Shown here: in pieces, positions 39,372 through 48,670 of the stretch | Layout: each line of letters opens with the position of its first letter | Position numbering within the stretch: position 1 is the stretch's first letter | Source of the DNA: Candidatus Aenigmatarchaeota archaeon | GTDB lineage: Archaea > Aenigmatarchaeota > Aenigmatarchaeia > QMZP01 > QMZT01 | Reading direction: 5' to 3' | DNA: 48,783 nucleotides | Assembly: GCA_043808015.1 (NCBI GenBank) | Contig: JAZDFI010000034.1 | Span: 1-48,783 of the forward strand | Position numbers and translations under genes: made by a program | The notes under the pieces: generated by a model | Told to the model about the DNA's origin: nothing | The model's input: only the letters and a program-made list of their open reading frames with translations | The model's database searches: none

Positions 39372-41015
39372 ATGAAGAGAAAAACCACGGCAAAAAGGCC
39401 TAGGCCAGAAGCGCTGGCGAACGCTTCCAGCGGATACGCGGAAGAGCTTCCCCACAAGACGTCGTCAATATGCCCGGAGTGCCTTAAAATCCTGCCGGCG
39501 CTCGTTTTCGAAGAGGACGGCAAGGTCTGGATAGAGAAGACTTGTCCAAAACACGGCAAGTTCCGCGAGATATACTGGAGCTCAGCCGAGATGTACAGGA
39601 AGTCGATGAAATTCGCTTACGACGGGCATTCCATGGAGAATCCCAACGTGACGAAAGCGAATCCGACGTGCCCCAAAGACTGCGGCATCTGTTCGCTTCA
39701 TAAATCGCAGACGGCGCTGGCCAACCTCGTTGTCACGAACCGCTGCGACCTCAACTGCTGGTACTGCTTCTTCTTCGCGCAGAAGGCCGGCTATGTTTAC
39801 GAACCGTCTTTGGATGACCTGAGAAAGGCCGTGAAGCTCATGACGCAGCAGAAGCCCGTACCAGGGAACGCGGTGCAGCTTACCGGAGGCAATCCCGAGC
39901 TAAGGGAGGATATACTGGATATCATAAAGATGATAAGCGACGAGGGCGTCGATCACATCCAGCTCAACATGAACGGCACGCACAAGTTCTGGAACGACCC
40001 GGAATGGACCATGAAGGTTAGGGAAGCGGGCGTTAATACCGTTTACCTGTCGTTCGACGGCGTCACACCCAAGAGCAACCCGAAGAACCATTACGAAGTC
40101 CCGAACATGCTTCAGAATTCGAGAAAAGCCGGCATGGGCATAATTCTCGTCCCCACCATAATCAAATCCGTCAACGACAACGAAGTCGGCGACATACTGC
40201 GCTTCGGCTTCAAAAATATGGACGTCGTGCGCGGCGTCAACTACCAGCCGGTCTCGCTGGTCGGCCGCATGCCGCGAAAAGAGAGGGAAAAGTTCAGGAT
40301 AACCATACCGGACGTCATACAGAATATAGAGGAGCAGACGGACGGCCAGATAAGCAAGGATGACTTCTACCCGGTCCCGACCGTGAAGGCGATAACCGAT
40401 TTCGTCCAGGCGCTTACCAAAAAGCCGCAATATTCGCTATCGACGCACTTTGCCTGCGGCATGGCCACATACGTGTTCGAGCACGATGGCAGGATGCTGC
40501 CCATCACACGATTCGTCGACGTCGAAGGACTGCTGGAATACATAGAAGGGCAGGCGGACGAGCTGAACAAGGGAAGGAACAAGTACATCATCAGTGCCAA
40601 GATGCTGTTCAAGATGAATTCGTTCATCGACGGCAAGCGCGCGCCTAAAGGCTTCTCGCTCGGCAACATGCTATACAATGCGCTGATGAAGCACGACTAT
40701 CGCGCGCTCGGCGCTTTCCACCACAAATCGCTTTTCATCGGCATGATGCACTTCATGGATTTGATGAACTACGACATAGAAAGGGTAAAGAGATGTTGTA
40801 TTCATTATTTGACACCCGAAGCGGTGATACCTTTCTGTGCGTTTAATGTTATACCGGAGATGTACAGAGACAAAGTTCAGAATAAATATGCTATTTCTTT
40901 TAAAGAATGGGAAAAAATGACAGGCAAAACTCTTAAAAATGATTTATACAAAAGAGATATTGAAAAAATTAAAAATACGGACTTGTACAGGAAAACCTAC
41001 GAAGGTTTCTTGTAA
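39372..41015 (+). CDS. tes: radical SAM tetraether lipid synthase (MJ0619/Tes/GDGT-MAS family)
   Basis: N-terminal CPEC...CPKHG, CPKDCGICSLH, TNRCDLNCWYCF, HFACG, C-terminal RCCIHY...IPFCAFN. Confidence 0.88.
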   Translation: MKRKTTAKRPRPEALANASSGYAEELPHKTSSICPECLKILPALVFEEDGKVWIEKTCPKHGKFREIYWSSAEMYRKSMKFAYDGHSMENPNVTKANPTCPKDCGICSLHKSQTALANLVVTNRCDLNCWYCFFFAQKAGYVYEPSLDDLRKAVKLMTQQKPVPGNAVQLTGGNPELREDILDIIKMISDEGVDHIQLNMNGTHKFWNDPEWTMKVREAGVNTVYLSFDGVTPKSNPKNHYEVPNMLQNSRKAGMGIILVPTIIKSVNDNEVGDILRFGFKNMDVVRGVNYQPVSLVGRMPRKEREKFRITIPDVIQNIEEQTDGQISKDDFYPVPTVKAITDFVQALTKKPQYSLSTHFACGMATYVFEHDGRMLPITRFVDVEGLLEYIEGQADELNKGRNKYIISAKMLFKMNSFIDGKRAPKGFSLGNMLYNALMKHDYRALGAFHHKSLFIGMMHFMDLMNYDIERVKRCCIHYLTPEAVIPFCAFNVIPEMYRDKVQNKYAISFKEWEKMTGKTLKNDLYKRDIEKIKNTDLYRKTYEGFL

Positions 41016-41899
41016 GAATTTAGAATTTCTTCTAATTTTTCTGATCTCTTTGGATGTTTGAAATCGACAAGTCTTTGAAATTTTTCTATTTCATCTCTTC
41101 CTGTAATATTTATGTAATATATATCATTCTTATTTTTTATGACAGAGTTTCTTATTTCTAACTCTCTGAGAATCTCTGAAATACCTTCTGCCATTTTTCT
41201 ACTGGACGTGGCGTAGTTTACAATTCTGAGACCTTGTCTTTTAGTGTAAGCAACAGAACCATCCCCATCAAAACAACCACGCAAAAAGCATTTCTTGATC
41301 TCTATTGACGATTTTTTTATCTTTTCAGGCACTTCCACTATATCAAATTTTTTACCCTTTGGAATGCCTAATTCATGAAAAATAGTTGATATGGTTTTGT
41401 TTTTCACATAAACCTGCATTTCATTTTTTTGATATATATAAAAATTCTTATGGTTAAAAATTTTCTCTATATTTTCCATGAAAATTGATCTTAGATATTT
41501 TTGATTGTTTACAAATTCTACCCAAGCCAAGTTTTTGTCTATATGACCATCTGTTATTATCAATCCCATTAAATATGCTAGGTTCCCATCGATAGCGATG
41601 GGCAAACTTCTTTTAACAGGCAAACTTCCCTGCGCCGAGCCTATTCTAATGACTTTTACTTCTATCAATCGCGTGTCCATTTTAACACTCTCGTTTATTT
41701 TCAAAAGTGTTTTTACAGGTATCAAAAACTTACCGTTAAACCACCTGCTTACTGTGAATTGCCCTACTCCCAGATAACCAGCGAGCTTGTATTGACTACC
41801 AAAACTTACCAGTGCTTCGTCGAAAAACTCTTTTCTGAATTTTTCTTCAAGCCCGACAGAAAGTTCGCTAATTTCATATAAATTTAAGCAGTTTTCCAT
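40997..41899 (-). mobile_element. free-standing HTH + double-motif LAGLIDADG homing endonuclease gene
   Basis: LAYLMGLIITDG and FLRGCFDGDGS motifs; N-terminal HTH SQYKLAGYLGVGQFTVSRW; markedly AT-rich; no intein splicing motifs; stop codon overlaps tes. Confidence 0.85.
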
Positions 41900-41942
41900 G
41901 ATAATATATGCACTTTTAGGACATATAAACAATTTTTAGCAT

Positions 41943-42002
41943 GACATAGAAAGCATAAAGAAATCCGAATTGTACAAAAAGACGTACGAAGGGTTCGTTT
42001 AG
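41943..42002 (+). pseudogene. stranded duplicate of the tes 3' end
   Basis: DIESIKKSELYKKTYEGFV* versus tes end DIEKIKNTDLYRKTYEGFL* (13/19 identical, both 60 nt, stops aligned). Confidence 0.85.
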
Positions 42003-42067
42003 CCTGATGCTGCATATTTTCGCGCTTTAAAATATTATAAATCACCTCAACCAAGATTTTATTTACT

Positions 42068-42640
42068 ATGAAAGTCATAGCGCTCAGAGCCGCTCTCAAG
42101 GACATGAACCGCGTCAATCTCGCTAAGGCGATACGCGAGGGAGCGATATTCGTTTACCCGACCGACACGCTCTACGGCATCGGCTGCAATGCGCTGATAC
42201 GGGAGAGCGTCGAGAAAATCGCCCGCGCGAAGGGCCGTGAACCAGGGAAACCGTTTTCCGTGATAGCGCCGTCGAAAGAGTGGATAACCGAGAACACGCG
42301 CATAGACGAGAACAACGCGAAGTTCGTCGACAATCTGCTCCCCGGGCCTTACACCGTCATACTGAAGGTGAAGAAGGAAATCCCCCTGGTTTCCGCCGAA
42401 GGGAAGCTGGGCGTGCGCATACCGAAGAACGAGTTCTGCGACTTCATCCGCTCCCAGGGCGTGCCGTTCGTCACGACGTCCGTCAACCTCGCCACAACAG
42501 GGCCCATCGCTTCCATCAAGGAGATGCCGGCGCAGCTAGCGAATGCAGTCGACTACGCGATAGATGCGGGCGAGCTCAGGGGCGACTCTTCCAGGATTTT
42601 CGACATCAGCGGCAAGGACATGCAGATAATCCGCTGGTAA
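42068..42640 (+). CDS. tsaC: L-threonylcarbamoyladenylate synthase (YrdC domain only)
   Basis: YPTDTLYGIGC, KGR..GKP, LPGPYT, GVRIP, TTSVN. Confidence 0.9.
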   Translation: MKVIALRAALKDMNRVNLAKAIREGAIFVYPTDTLYGIGCNALIRESVEKIARAKGREPGKPFSVIAPSKEWITENTRIDENNAKFVDNLLPGPYTVILKVKKEIPLVSAEGKLGVRIPKNEFCDFIRSQGVPFVTTSVNLATTGPIASIKEMPAQLANAVDYAIDAGELRGDSSRIFDISGKDMQIIRW

Positions 42641-42648
42641 GGCAAACC

Positions 42649-43353
42649 ATGAAAAGCGAGGAAATTATTGTGAAGCTGAAATCCATGAGCAATCCAGACA
42701 ACGTCGCTGGTATGGCGCGCTTCGGCATAAGTTCTGAGAACACGCTTGGAATCCCGATGCCAGCCATCAGGAAGATGGGCAGGGAGATAGGCAAGAATCA
42801 TGAACTGGCGAACGAGCTCTGGGCTTCCGGCATCCACGAGGCGCGCATACTCGCAGGTCTCATAGCGGATCCCATGTTCCTCACCAAGAAACAAATGGAC
42901 GAGTGGGCTGGCGATTTCGACTCGTGGGACGTGTGCGACCAGGTGTGCATGAACCTCTTCGACCGCACGCCGTTCGCCTACGCGAAAGCGAAGGAATGGG
43001 CCGGGCGCGACAAAGAGTTTGTGAAACGCGCCGGCTTCGCGCTGATGGCATCCCTGGCGGTTCACGATAAAAAAGCGGGCGAGGACGCGTTCATCGCGCT
43101 GCTGCCGCTAATACAGCGCGAGTCGAGAGATGACCGCAACTTCGTAAGAAAAGCGGTGAACTGGGCGCTCCGCCAGATAGGCAAACGCAACGTGACGCTG
43201 AACAGGGAAGCCGTAAAAACCGCGAAGGAAATCTCCAAAATCGACTCCAAAGCCGCGCAATGGATAGCACAGGACGCGTTACGGGAATTGACGGATAAAA
43301 AAACGCTAGCGAGGATGCGGGAGCGAAACGCGAAAATGCGAGTGAAAAGATAA
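42649..43353 (+). CDS. alkD: DNA alkylation repair protein (AlkD-like HEAT-repeat glycosylase)
   Basis: HEARILA, FDSWDVCD, FVKRAGF, FVRKAVNWALRQIGKRN. Confidence 0.88.
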   Translation: MKSEEIIVKLKSMSNPDNVAGMARFGISSENTLGIPMPAIRKMGREIGKNHELANELWASGIHEARILAGLIADPMFLTKKQMDEWAGDFDSWDVCDQVCMNLFDRTPFAYAKAKEWAGRDKEFVKRAGFALMASLAVHDKKAGEDAFIALLPLIQRESRDDRNFVRKAVNWALRQIGKRNVTLNREAVKTAKEISKIDSKAAQWIAQDALRELTDKKTLARMRERNAKMRVKR

Positions 43354-43411
43354 TATATATTTAAATAGGTTAGACTTCTAATAATATCCAACAATTTTTG
43401 AGGGGTGTTTT

Positions 43412-43996
43412 ATGGCAAAAGGTGTCAAGGCGAGTCAATTTACCATAAAAATCGAGAACGTCGTGGCGTTCACTTCGCTCAACATTAATATTTCACTGAA
43501 CAAGCTGGTCAGCACCGTGGAAAACACCGAATATGAGCCGGAGCAGTTCCCCGGCCTCGTCTACAGACCTACAAACCCTCGTTCAGCTGCTCTCATATTC
43601 TCTTCGGGAAAAATCGTATGCACCGGAACGAAGTCGATAGACATGGCCAAAGAAGCGATGAGGAAGGTCGTCGGAAAAATAAAGGATTCCGGCTTCAAGG
43701 TTCCCGACAAATACCCGATACAGGTCGAGAACATCGTCGCGTCCGCGAGGATAGAGGCCAAACTGAATCTCGAGGACATAGCCTTCTCGCTTGAAAACGC
43801 GGAATACGAGCCGGAGCAGTTTCCCGGCCTGGTTTACAGAATCAGCGATCCCAGAGTCGCGTTCCTGCTTTTCAGATCCGGCAAGATAATCTGCACGGGC
43901 GCACAGAGCGAGGCAGACATCCACGAGGCGCTGGCCAAGTTCAAGGTCAAGCTGGAAAGCATCGGCGTGAAAGTAAAGCCCATGGTGGCAGAGTAA
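43412..43996 (+). CDS. tbp: TATA-box binding protein
   Basis: Two repeats of IENxVA...YEPEQFPGLVYR...FxSGKIxCTG. Confidence 0.98.
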   Translation: MAKGVKASQFTIKIENVVAFTSLNINISLNKLVSTVENTEYEPEQFPGLVYRPTNPRSAALIFSSGKIVCTGTKSIDMAKEAMRKVVGKIKDSGFKVPDKYPIQVENIVASARIEAKLNLEDIAFSLENAEYEPEQFPGLVYRISDPRVAFLLFRSGKIICTGAQSEADIHEALAKFKVKLESIGVKVKPMVAE

Positions 43997-44003
43997 AAGG
44001 AAA

Positions 44004-45176
44004 TCAGTCCAGGAAGAAAAGGTCATTTATTTTCTCGCTGGTATACATGCTTTTTCCAAGTGCCCTGAGTTTTTGGACGGCTTTGACTTCGTGCTGTTTC
44101 ATCAGCTGGTACGAAAAGCCCGTTTTTTTGGCTATTTCCCTGAACGTGTAAACATTTCCATATCCGTTTCCGCTGCCGTCGCTGCCCATGCCAAGGCCGT
44201 ATTTTAAATCCAGTATCATGAACTGTCTTTCCGTGATCACGCCGCCATCCCTGGCACCAAGCAAAAAATTCAACATATTTTCCTTTCTGCTATCTTTCAA
44301 TGCTTCGGTCGCCACAGGATCGGGGTCAGTCCCATTGACATGCTTTTCGAGCCTGAATCCAGGCTCTTTGTAAGGCGCACGCAACGTTCTTATCAGACTT
44401 TTGTTTATGCCGGTAACCTCTGATATGTCGTCCACGGTTTCGCTCTCTACACCGTTGCTGAATATGCTGTTACGCGTTCTTGGATCGAAATCCAGATTTT
44501 CATATCCGAGTTCCCTCAATTTTTCATCATTAACGTTTATCGCCCTGCCCACCTTTCTCATTATGTAGAAATAGTTTATGGGCACGGAGACACCGATGCC
44601 AAGTCTTGCCAGGCGGTCAGCCGACGACTTTGAAACCGCAGAGATGTAGTTGAGAACGGAGCCTTTTTCGGGTTTGATGTTATGCATGTTTTCCATGAGC
44701 CCCACTGTGGTCTCTCCTGCCAGTTCCATTATCACTTTTTTGCGTTTTTCACGGCTCGGAATCCTTGAGGAATCCCTGATGGCGAAGTAAAAAATGGCAT
44801 CCTCGTTTTTCTTTGCAAACGCCTTGCCGAGTTCCGCTTTAATCAGCGGGTCATCAACGGCGTTGTAAAGCCCGAGGAAGCCGCTGTTGGATTCGCTGGG
44901 AGACAACTCCACCAGCCTCTCTATTTGAGTCCTGAGTCGGCCTCTCATCGCTTTTTTGAGGCTCGCCGAAGGCCTGAAATTATACGTGTCCGTCATCAGG
45001 CTGCCGTAGTCTTTCATGGACATCCGGCCGGACGCTATGGCCTTTCCGGCTTCGCCCATCGCCGTTTTGTAGAAAGCGCATTTGGTGCATCCGGCTGCCG
45101 GGTTATACGCTGCTACAGCTTTAGCTTTGTAACCCTTCGTTTCCGCAGCATGACCACCATATTTCATATGAGACAT
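44004..45176 (-). CDS. divergent sigma70-like protein
   Basis: Region 4-like ITERQFMILDLKYGL...YTFREIAKKTGFSYQLMKQHEVKAVQKLR, with region 2- and 3-like segments in the correct order. Confidence 0.65.
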   Translation of the reverse strand: MSHMKYGGHAAETKGYKAKAVAAYNPAAGCTKCAFYKTAMGEAGKAIASGRMSMKDYGSLMTDTYNFRPSASLKKAMRGRLRTQIERLVELSPSESNSGFLGLYNAVDDPLIKAELGKAFAKKNEDAIFYFAIRDSSRIPSREKRKKVIMELAGETTVGLMENMHNIKPEKGSVLNYISAVSKSSADRLARLGIGVSVPINYFYIMRKVGRAINVNDEKLRELGYENLDFDPRTRNSIFSNGVESETVDDISEVTGINKSLIRTLRAPYKEPGFRLEKHVNGTDPDPVATEALKDSRKENMLNFLLGARDGGVITERQFMILDLKYGLGMGSDGSGNGYGNVYTFREIAKKTGFSYQLMKQHEVKAVQKLRALGKSMYTSEKINDLFFLD

Positions 45177-45236
45177 ATTTTTAACTACTTAAAAATAAAA
45201 GCATTGACCAATTATAACACGTAAAATAAATAGTAA

Positions 45237-45382
45237 CGGGCGTGGGGGGATTCGAACCCTCGACCTCAGGCTTTCTTCGATTTCACCGGAATTTCTTCCT
45301 CAAATCTTCCAAGATTCCTGCGCATCAGAATGCGCAAAAACGTATAGAAGGCCAGCGCTCTATCCAGCTGAGCTACACGCCC
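45237..45382 (-). tRNA. tRNA-Arg(UCU) with 72-nt intron at 37/38 (45273-45344); CCA not encoded
   Basis: Acceptor GGGCGTG/CACGCCC, D-arm GCTC/GAGC, CT-TCT-A loop, GTTCGAATCC; central BHB helix CTTC/GAAG. Confidence 0.92.
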
Positions 45383-45441
45383 GTAATTGTATATTAATAC
45401 CGACTGGAATTAATAATATTTAAAGATGCGAAGGGGTAGTC

Positions 45442-48348
45442 ATGGCTGAAAATTATGATTTCCGGAAAATGGAGCACAAGTGGCAGGAGCGCTGGAAGGA
45501 AGCGAAAGCGTTCGAACCTAAAGTCGATAGCGAAAAGCGCAAGTTCTTCTTCACCACGCCCTACCCCTACATATCCGGCAGCCTGCACATCGGACACGGG
45601 CGCGCCGTCACGGAAAGCGACGTATACGTCCGCTACATGCGCATGAAAGGATGGAATGTTCTCTACCCGCTCGCCTTCCACATAACGGGCACGCCGATCC
45701 TCGGCATATCAGCGGCGATAGAGGCGAACGACCAGGCCAAGACCGAGCTCTACAAGGGCTACGTGAAGAATTATGTAAAAAACGAGCACGAAGCCGACAA
45801 GGTTGTCCAGTCGTTCCGCGACCCGTGGAACATCGTCAACTTTTTCATATCCAAGATGGTGGATGAATATTCGTCGCTCGGCCTGAGCATCGATTGGACG
45901 CGTCGTTTCACGACAGGCGACCCGGATTACCAGAAGTTCATAACATGGCAGTTCCTCAAATACAAGGAAAAGGATTTCCTGATAAAGGGCAGCTATCCCG
46001 TGCTTTTCTGCCCGAAATGCGACAACGCAGTCGGCGAGGATGACATACAGGATGCGGACACGAACCCGGTTTCAAAAATGGAATTCACGCTTCTCAAGTT
46101 CAAGCTGGAAGACGCGCATCATTCCGGCCTCATACTTGTTGCCGCGACGTTAAGACCGGAAACGGTATTTGGCCAGACGAACCTTTGGGTCAACCCGGAC
46201 GTAGAATATGATAAAATTAAAGTTGGCGAGGAAACGTGGGTGGTAAGCAAGGAAGGGCGGGAAAAACTCGAGTTTCAGAAGAAGAACATCGAAGCGATGG
46301 GGTTCATCAAAGGCCGCGACCTCATAGGCAAGTTCGCCAGGGCACCGGGCATTCATAAAGAAGTCATAATTTTACCATCGAAATTCGTTGATGCAAATGT
46401 CGGCAGCGGAATAGTCACTAGCGTGCCTTCGGATGCGCCGTACGACTGGATGGCGCTGAAGGACCTGCAGCAGGATAGGGAAGAAACCGATAAATATGGC
46501 CTCAACCACGACGTCGTGGCCGCCATAAAGCCGATACCAATCATAAACATTCCCGGATGGGGAGACATGGCCGCGCTGAAAATCGCGGAGCAGATGAATC
46601 TCACTAGCCAGCACGACCCGCGTCTTGACGAGGCGACGCAGGTCATTTACAAGGAAGGCTTCCATACCGGTACGATGAATCATAATTGCGGAAAATATTC
46701 GGGCATGAAAGTCACGGAAGCGAAGGAGAAGGTCAAGAAAGAGCTACTTGAGAGCGGACAAGCCGACGTCATTTACGAGACGTCGCGAGTCGCCCATTGC
46801 CGCGACGGGACGAAAGTTGTGGTCTCGGTTCTCGAAGACCAGTGGTTCCTGGATTTCAACGCAAAGGGATGGAAGGAAAAGGCTCACAAATGCCTTAAAG
46901 CGATGGAGCTGCTCCCGGACGCGAAACGCAAGATGTTCGAGGACACGTTCGAGTGGTTGGACAAGAGGCCCGCCGCGCGCAGGCGGGGACTAGGGACTCA
47001 GCTGCCTTTCGACCGCAACTGGATAATAGAATCGCTTTCAGATTCGACCGTTTACATGTCTTTCTACATAATCAAGAATCTCATAAACAAGCACCACATA
47101 AAACCCGAGCAGCTCGAGCCGGCGTTCTTCGACTACGTTTATACCGGCCACGGCGAGCCGGCGCATGTCAGCAAGGCGACCGGCATTAAAATCGAAGACC
47201 TGAAGGAGATGCGCAGCCATTTCGACTACTGGTACCCGAACGACCACCGCCACACGTACGTGGCTCACCTATCGAATCACCTGTCCTTCTTCATCTTCGC
47301 CCACGCGGCGCTCTTCCCGGAGAAATACTGGCCGAAGAAGATATCGTTCCATGGTTTCGTACAGAGCGAGGGCATGAAGATGTCGAAGTCGAAAGGCAAT
47401 GTCATCACGCTTCTGGAAATCAAGAACAAATATGGTGCGGACACGTTCCGCGCATACATCACGACCGCAACGACGCTCGAAGGGACGTTCGACTGGAAGG
47501 CGCATGAAGCGGAGAACGTGCAGAAGAACCTTTACAACATACACGAGCTCGTCTTGGAAATGATACACGAGCATAAAAAAGACGCGACGCATCACAGGAA
47601 GCAGCCGGGACCGGCTGGATTCGCGTTCCTCTCGAAGTTCGAGTCTGCGCTTCTCGAAGCCGACAAGGCGCTTTCAGAGATGCGGCTGCGAGACTACGGC
47701 AATATAGTCATCCATTCGATACCGTCCTGGATAAAGAAGCTGCAGAGACGAGCGGATGCGCACGAGGTCAGGACGATTTTCGACATGATAACTGACAGGT
47801 ACATAAGAATGCTCAATCCCGTCGTTCCCCATTTAAGCGAGGAGATGTGGGCGGCGCTAGGGAAGAAGGGTTTCGCTTCGCTGCACGAATGGCCGGAAGC
47901 CGAGAAGAAGATGATAAACCCCAAGCACGAGGCCTGCGAGGAGCTCGTCGACCGCGTCGCTGACGACGTGCGCAGCGTGCTGAAGCTGGTCAAGTTCCAG
48001 CCGAAGCGCGTGTTCGTTTACGTTTCAGAAAAATGGAAATACGAGCTTTTCAAAAAGCTGAAAGACGAGATAGAGAAGACGCGAGACATCGGGAAGATAA
48101 TGAAGGCCGTCGCCAGTAAAGAGCACGGGGCGGAAATCGCGAAAATCGTGCCCTTCGTCCTCAAGGACCCTTCGCGCCTGCCAAAACACGTTCTGGACCA
48201 GGAAGACGAGCTGGTCACGTTAGTCGAAGCCGGAGAATTCCTGAAAAGGGAGTTCGGCATACCTATCGACGTTCTGAACGCGGACGAACAGAAGACCGAG
48301 CGCGCAGGCAAGGCGATGCCCGGAAAGCCGGGAATAGAAGTTGAATAG
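45442..48348 (+). CDS. leuS: leucyl-tRNA synthetase, archaeal type
   Basis: PYPYISGSLHIGH, ATLRPET, GSGIVTSVPSDAPYD, KMSKS, C-terminal AMPGKPGI. Confidence 0.96.
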   Translation: MAENYDFRKMEHKWQERWKEAKAFEPKVDSEKRKFFFTTPYPYISGSLHIGHGRAVTESDVYVRYMRMKGWNVLYPLAFHITGTPILGISAAIEANDQAKTELYKGYVKNYVKNEHEADKVVQSFRDPWNIVNFFISKMVDEYSSLGLSIDWTRRFTTGDPDYQKFITWQFLKYKEKDFLIKGSYPVLFCPKCDNAVGEDDIQDADTNPVSKMEFTLLKFKLEDAHHSGLILVAATLRPETVFGQTNLWVNPDVEYDKIKVGEETWVVSKEGREKLEFQKKNIEAMGFIKGRDLIGKFARAPGIHKEVIILPSKFVDANVGSGIVTSVPSDAPYDWMALKDLQQDREETDKYGLNHDVVAAIKPIPIINIPGWGDMAALKIAEQMNLTSQHDPRLDEATQVIYKEGFHTGTMNHNCGKYSGMKVTEAKEKVKKELLESGQADVIYETSRVAHCRDGTKVVVSVLEDQWFLDFNAKGWKEKAHKCLKAMELLPDAKRKMFEDTFEWLDKRPAARRRGLGTQLPFDRNWIIESLSDSTVYMSFYIIKNLINKHHIKPEQLEPAFFDYVYTGHGEPAHVSKATGIKIEDLKEMRSHFDYWYPNDHRHTYVAHLSNHLSFFIFAHAALFPEKYWPKKISFHGFVQSEGMKMSKSKGNVITLLEIKNKYGADTFRAYITTATTLEGTFDWKAHEAENVQKNLYNIHELVLEMIHEHKKDATHHRKQPGPAGFAFLSKFESALLEADKALSEMRLRDYGNIVIHSIPSWIKKLQRRADAHEVRTIFDMITDRYIRMLNPVVPHLSEEMWAALGKKGFASLHEWPEAEKKMINPKHEACEELVDRVADDVRSVLKLVKFQPKRVFVYVSEKWKYELFKKLKDEIEKTRDIGKIMKAVASKEHGAEIAKIVPFVLKDPSRLPKHVLDQEDELVTLVEAGEFLKREFGIPIDVLNADEQKTERAGKAMPGKPGIEVE

Positions 48349-48379
48349 GCAATAAAAGGCCTTGCATTCGCGTCCCTTG

Positions 48380-48670
48380 CTATTTGTTTACTTTTTCTGA
48401 AAGCTCCTGCGGGTCGAATTTCCTGCCCACGGCGCAGTTCTTCTTGACTTCTATTATCTTTACCATGACGCGCTCCCCTTCGCTGGTTCCGGGCACGAAG
48501 ACCGCAAAGCCGTCGTAAGCGCCGACGCCGTCGCCCTTCTTGCTGATGTCTTTTATTAACAGCCTGATTATCTGGCCCCTCTTGACGGGCGGCTTTTTCT
48601 TGGTGAACTTCGTCTTCTTGGTGTGGCACCTGGATATCTGGAATCCCCTGTGGCGATAGAAAGTCGGCAT
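48380..48670 (-). CDS. single TRAM-domain RNA-binding protein
   Basis: PPVKRG...IKDISKKGDGV...GFAVFVPGT.EGERVMVKI. Confidence 0.85.
   Translation of the reverse strand: MPTFYRHRGFQISRCHTKKTKFTKKKPPVKRGQIIRLLIKDISKKGDGVGAYDGFAVFVPGTSEGERVMVKIIEVKKNCAVGRKFDPQELSEKVNK

Noticed and set aside
40997-41932. LAGLIDADG ORF as part of an intein or archaeal intron in tes
   Set aside because: It is antisense to tes, tes is complete without splicing, and I saw no Cys1/His-Asn termini or BHB boundary.
42280-42648. N-terminal extension of the AlkD ORF suggesting a fusion or frameshift with tsaC
   Set aside because: It is an open alternative frame over tsaC; AlkD similarity starts at ATG 42649, just after the tsaC stop at 42640.
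44004-45237. Integrated element at the tRNA-Arg 3' end
   Set aside because: No integrase and no duplicated tRNA 3' end (att site) seen in the window.
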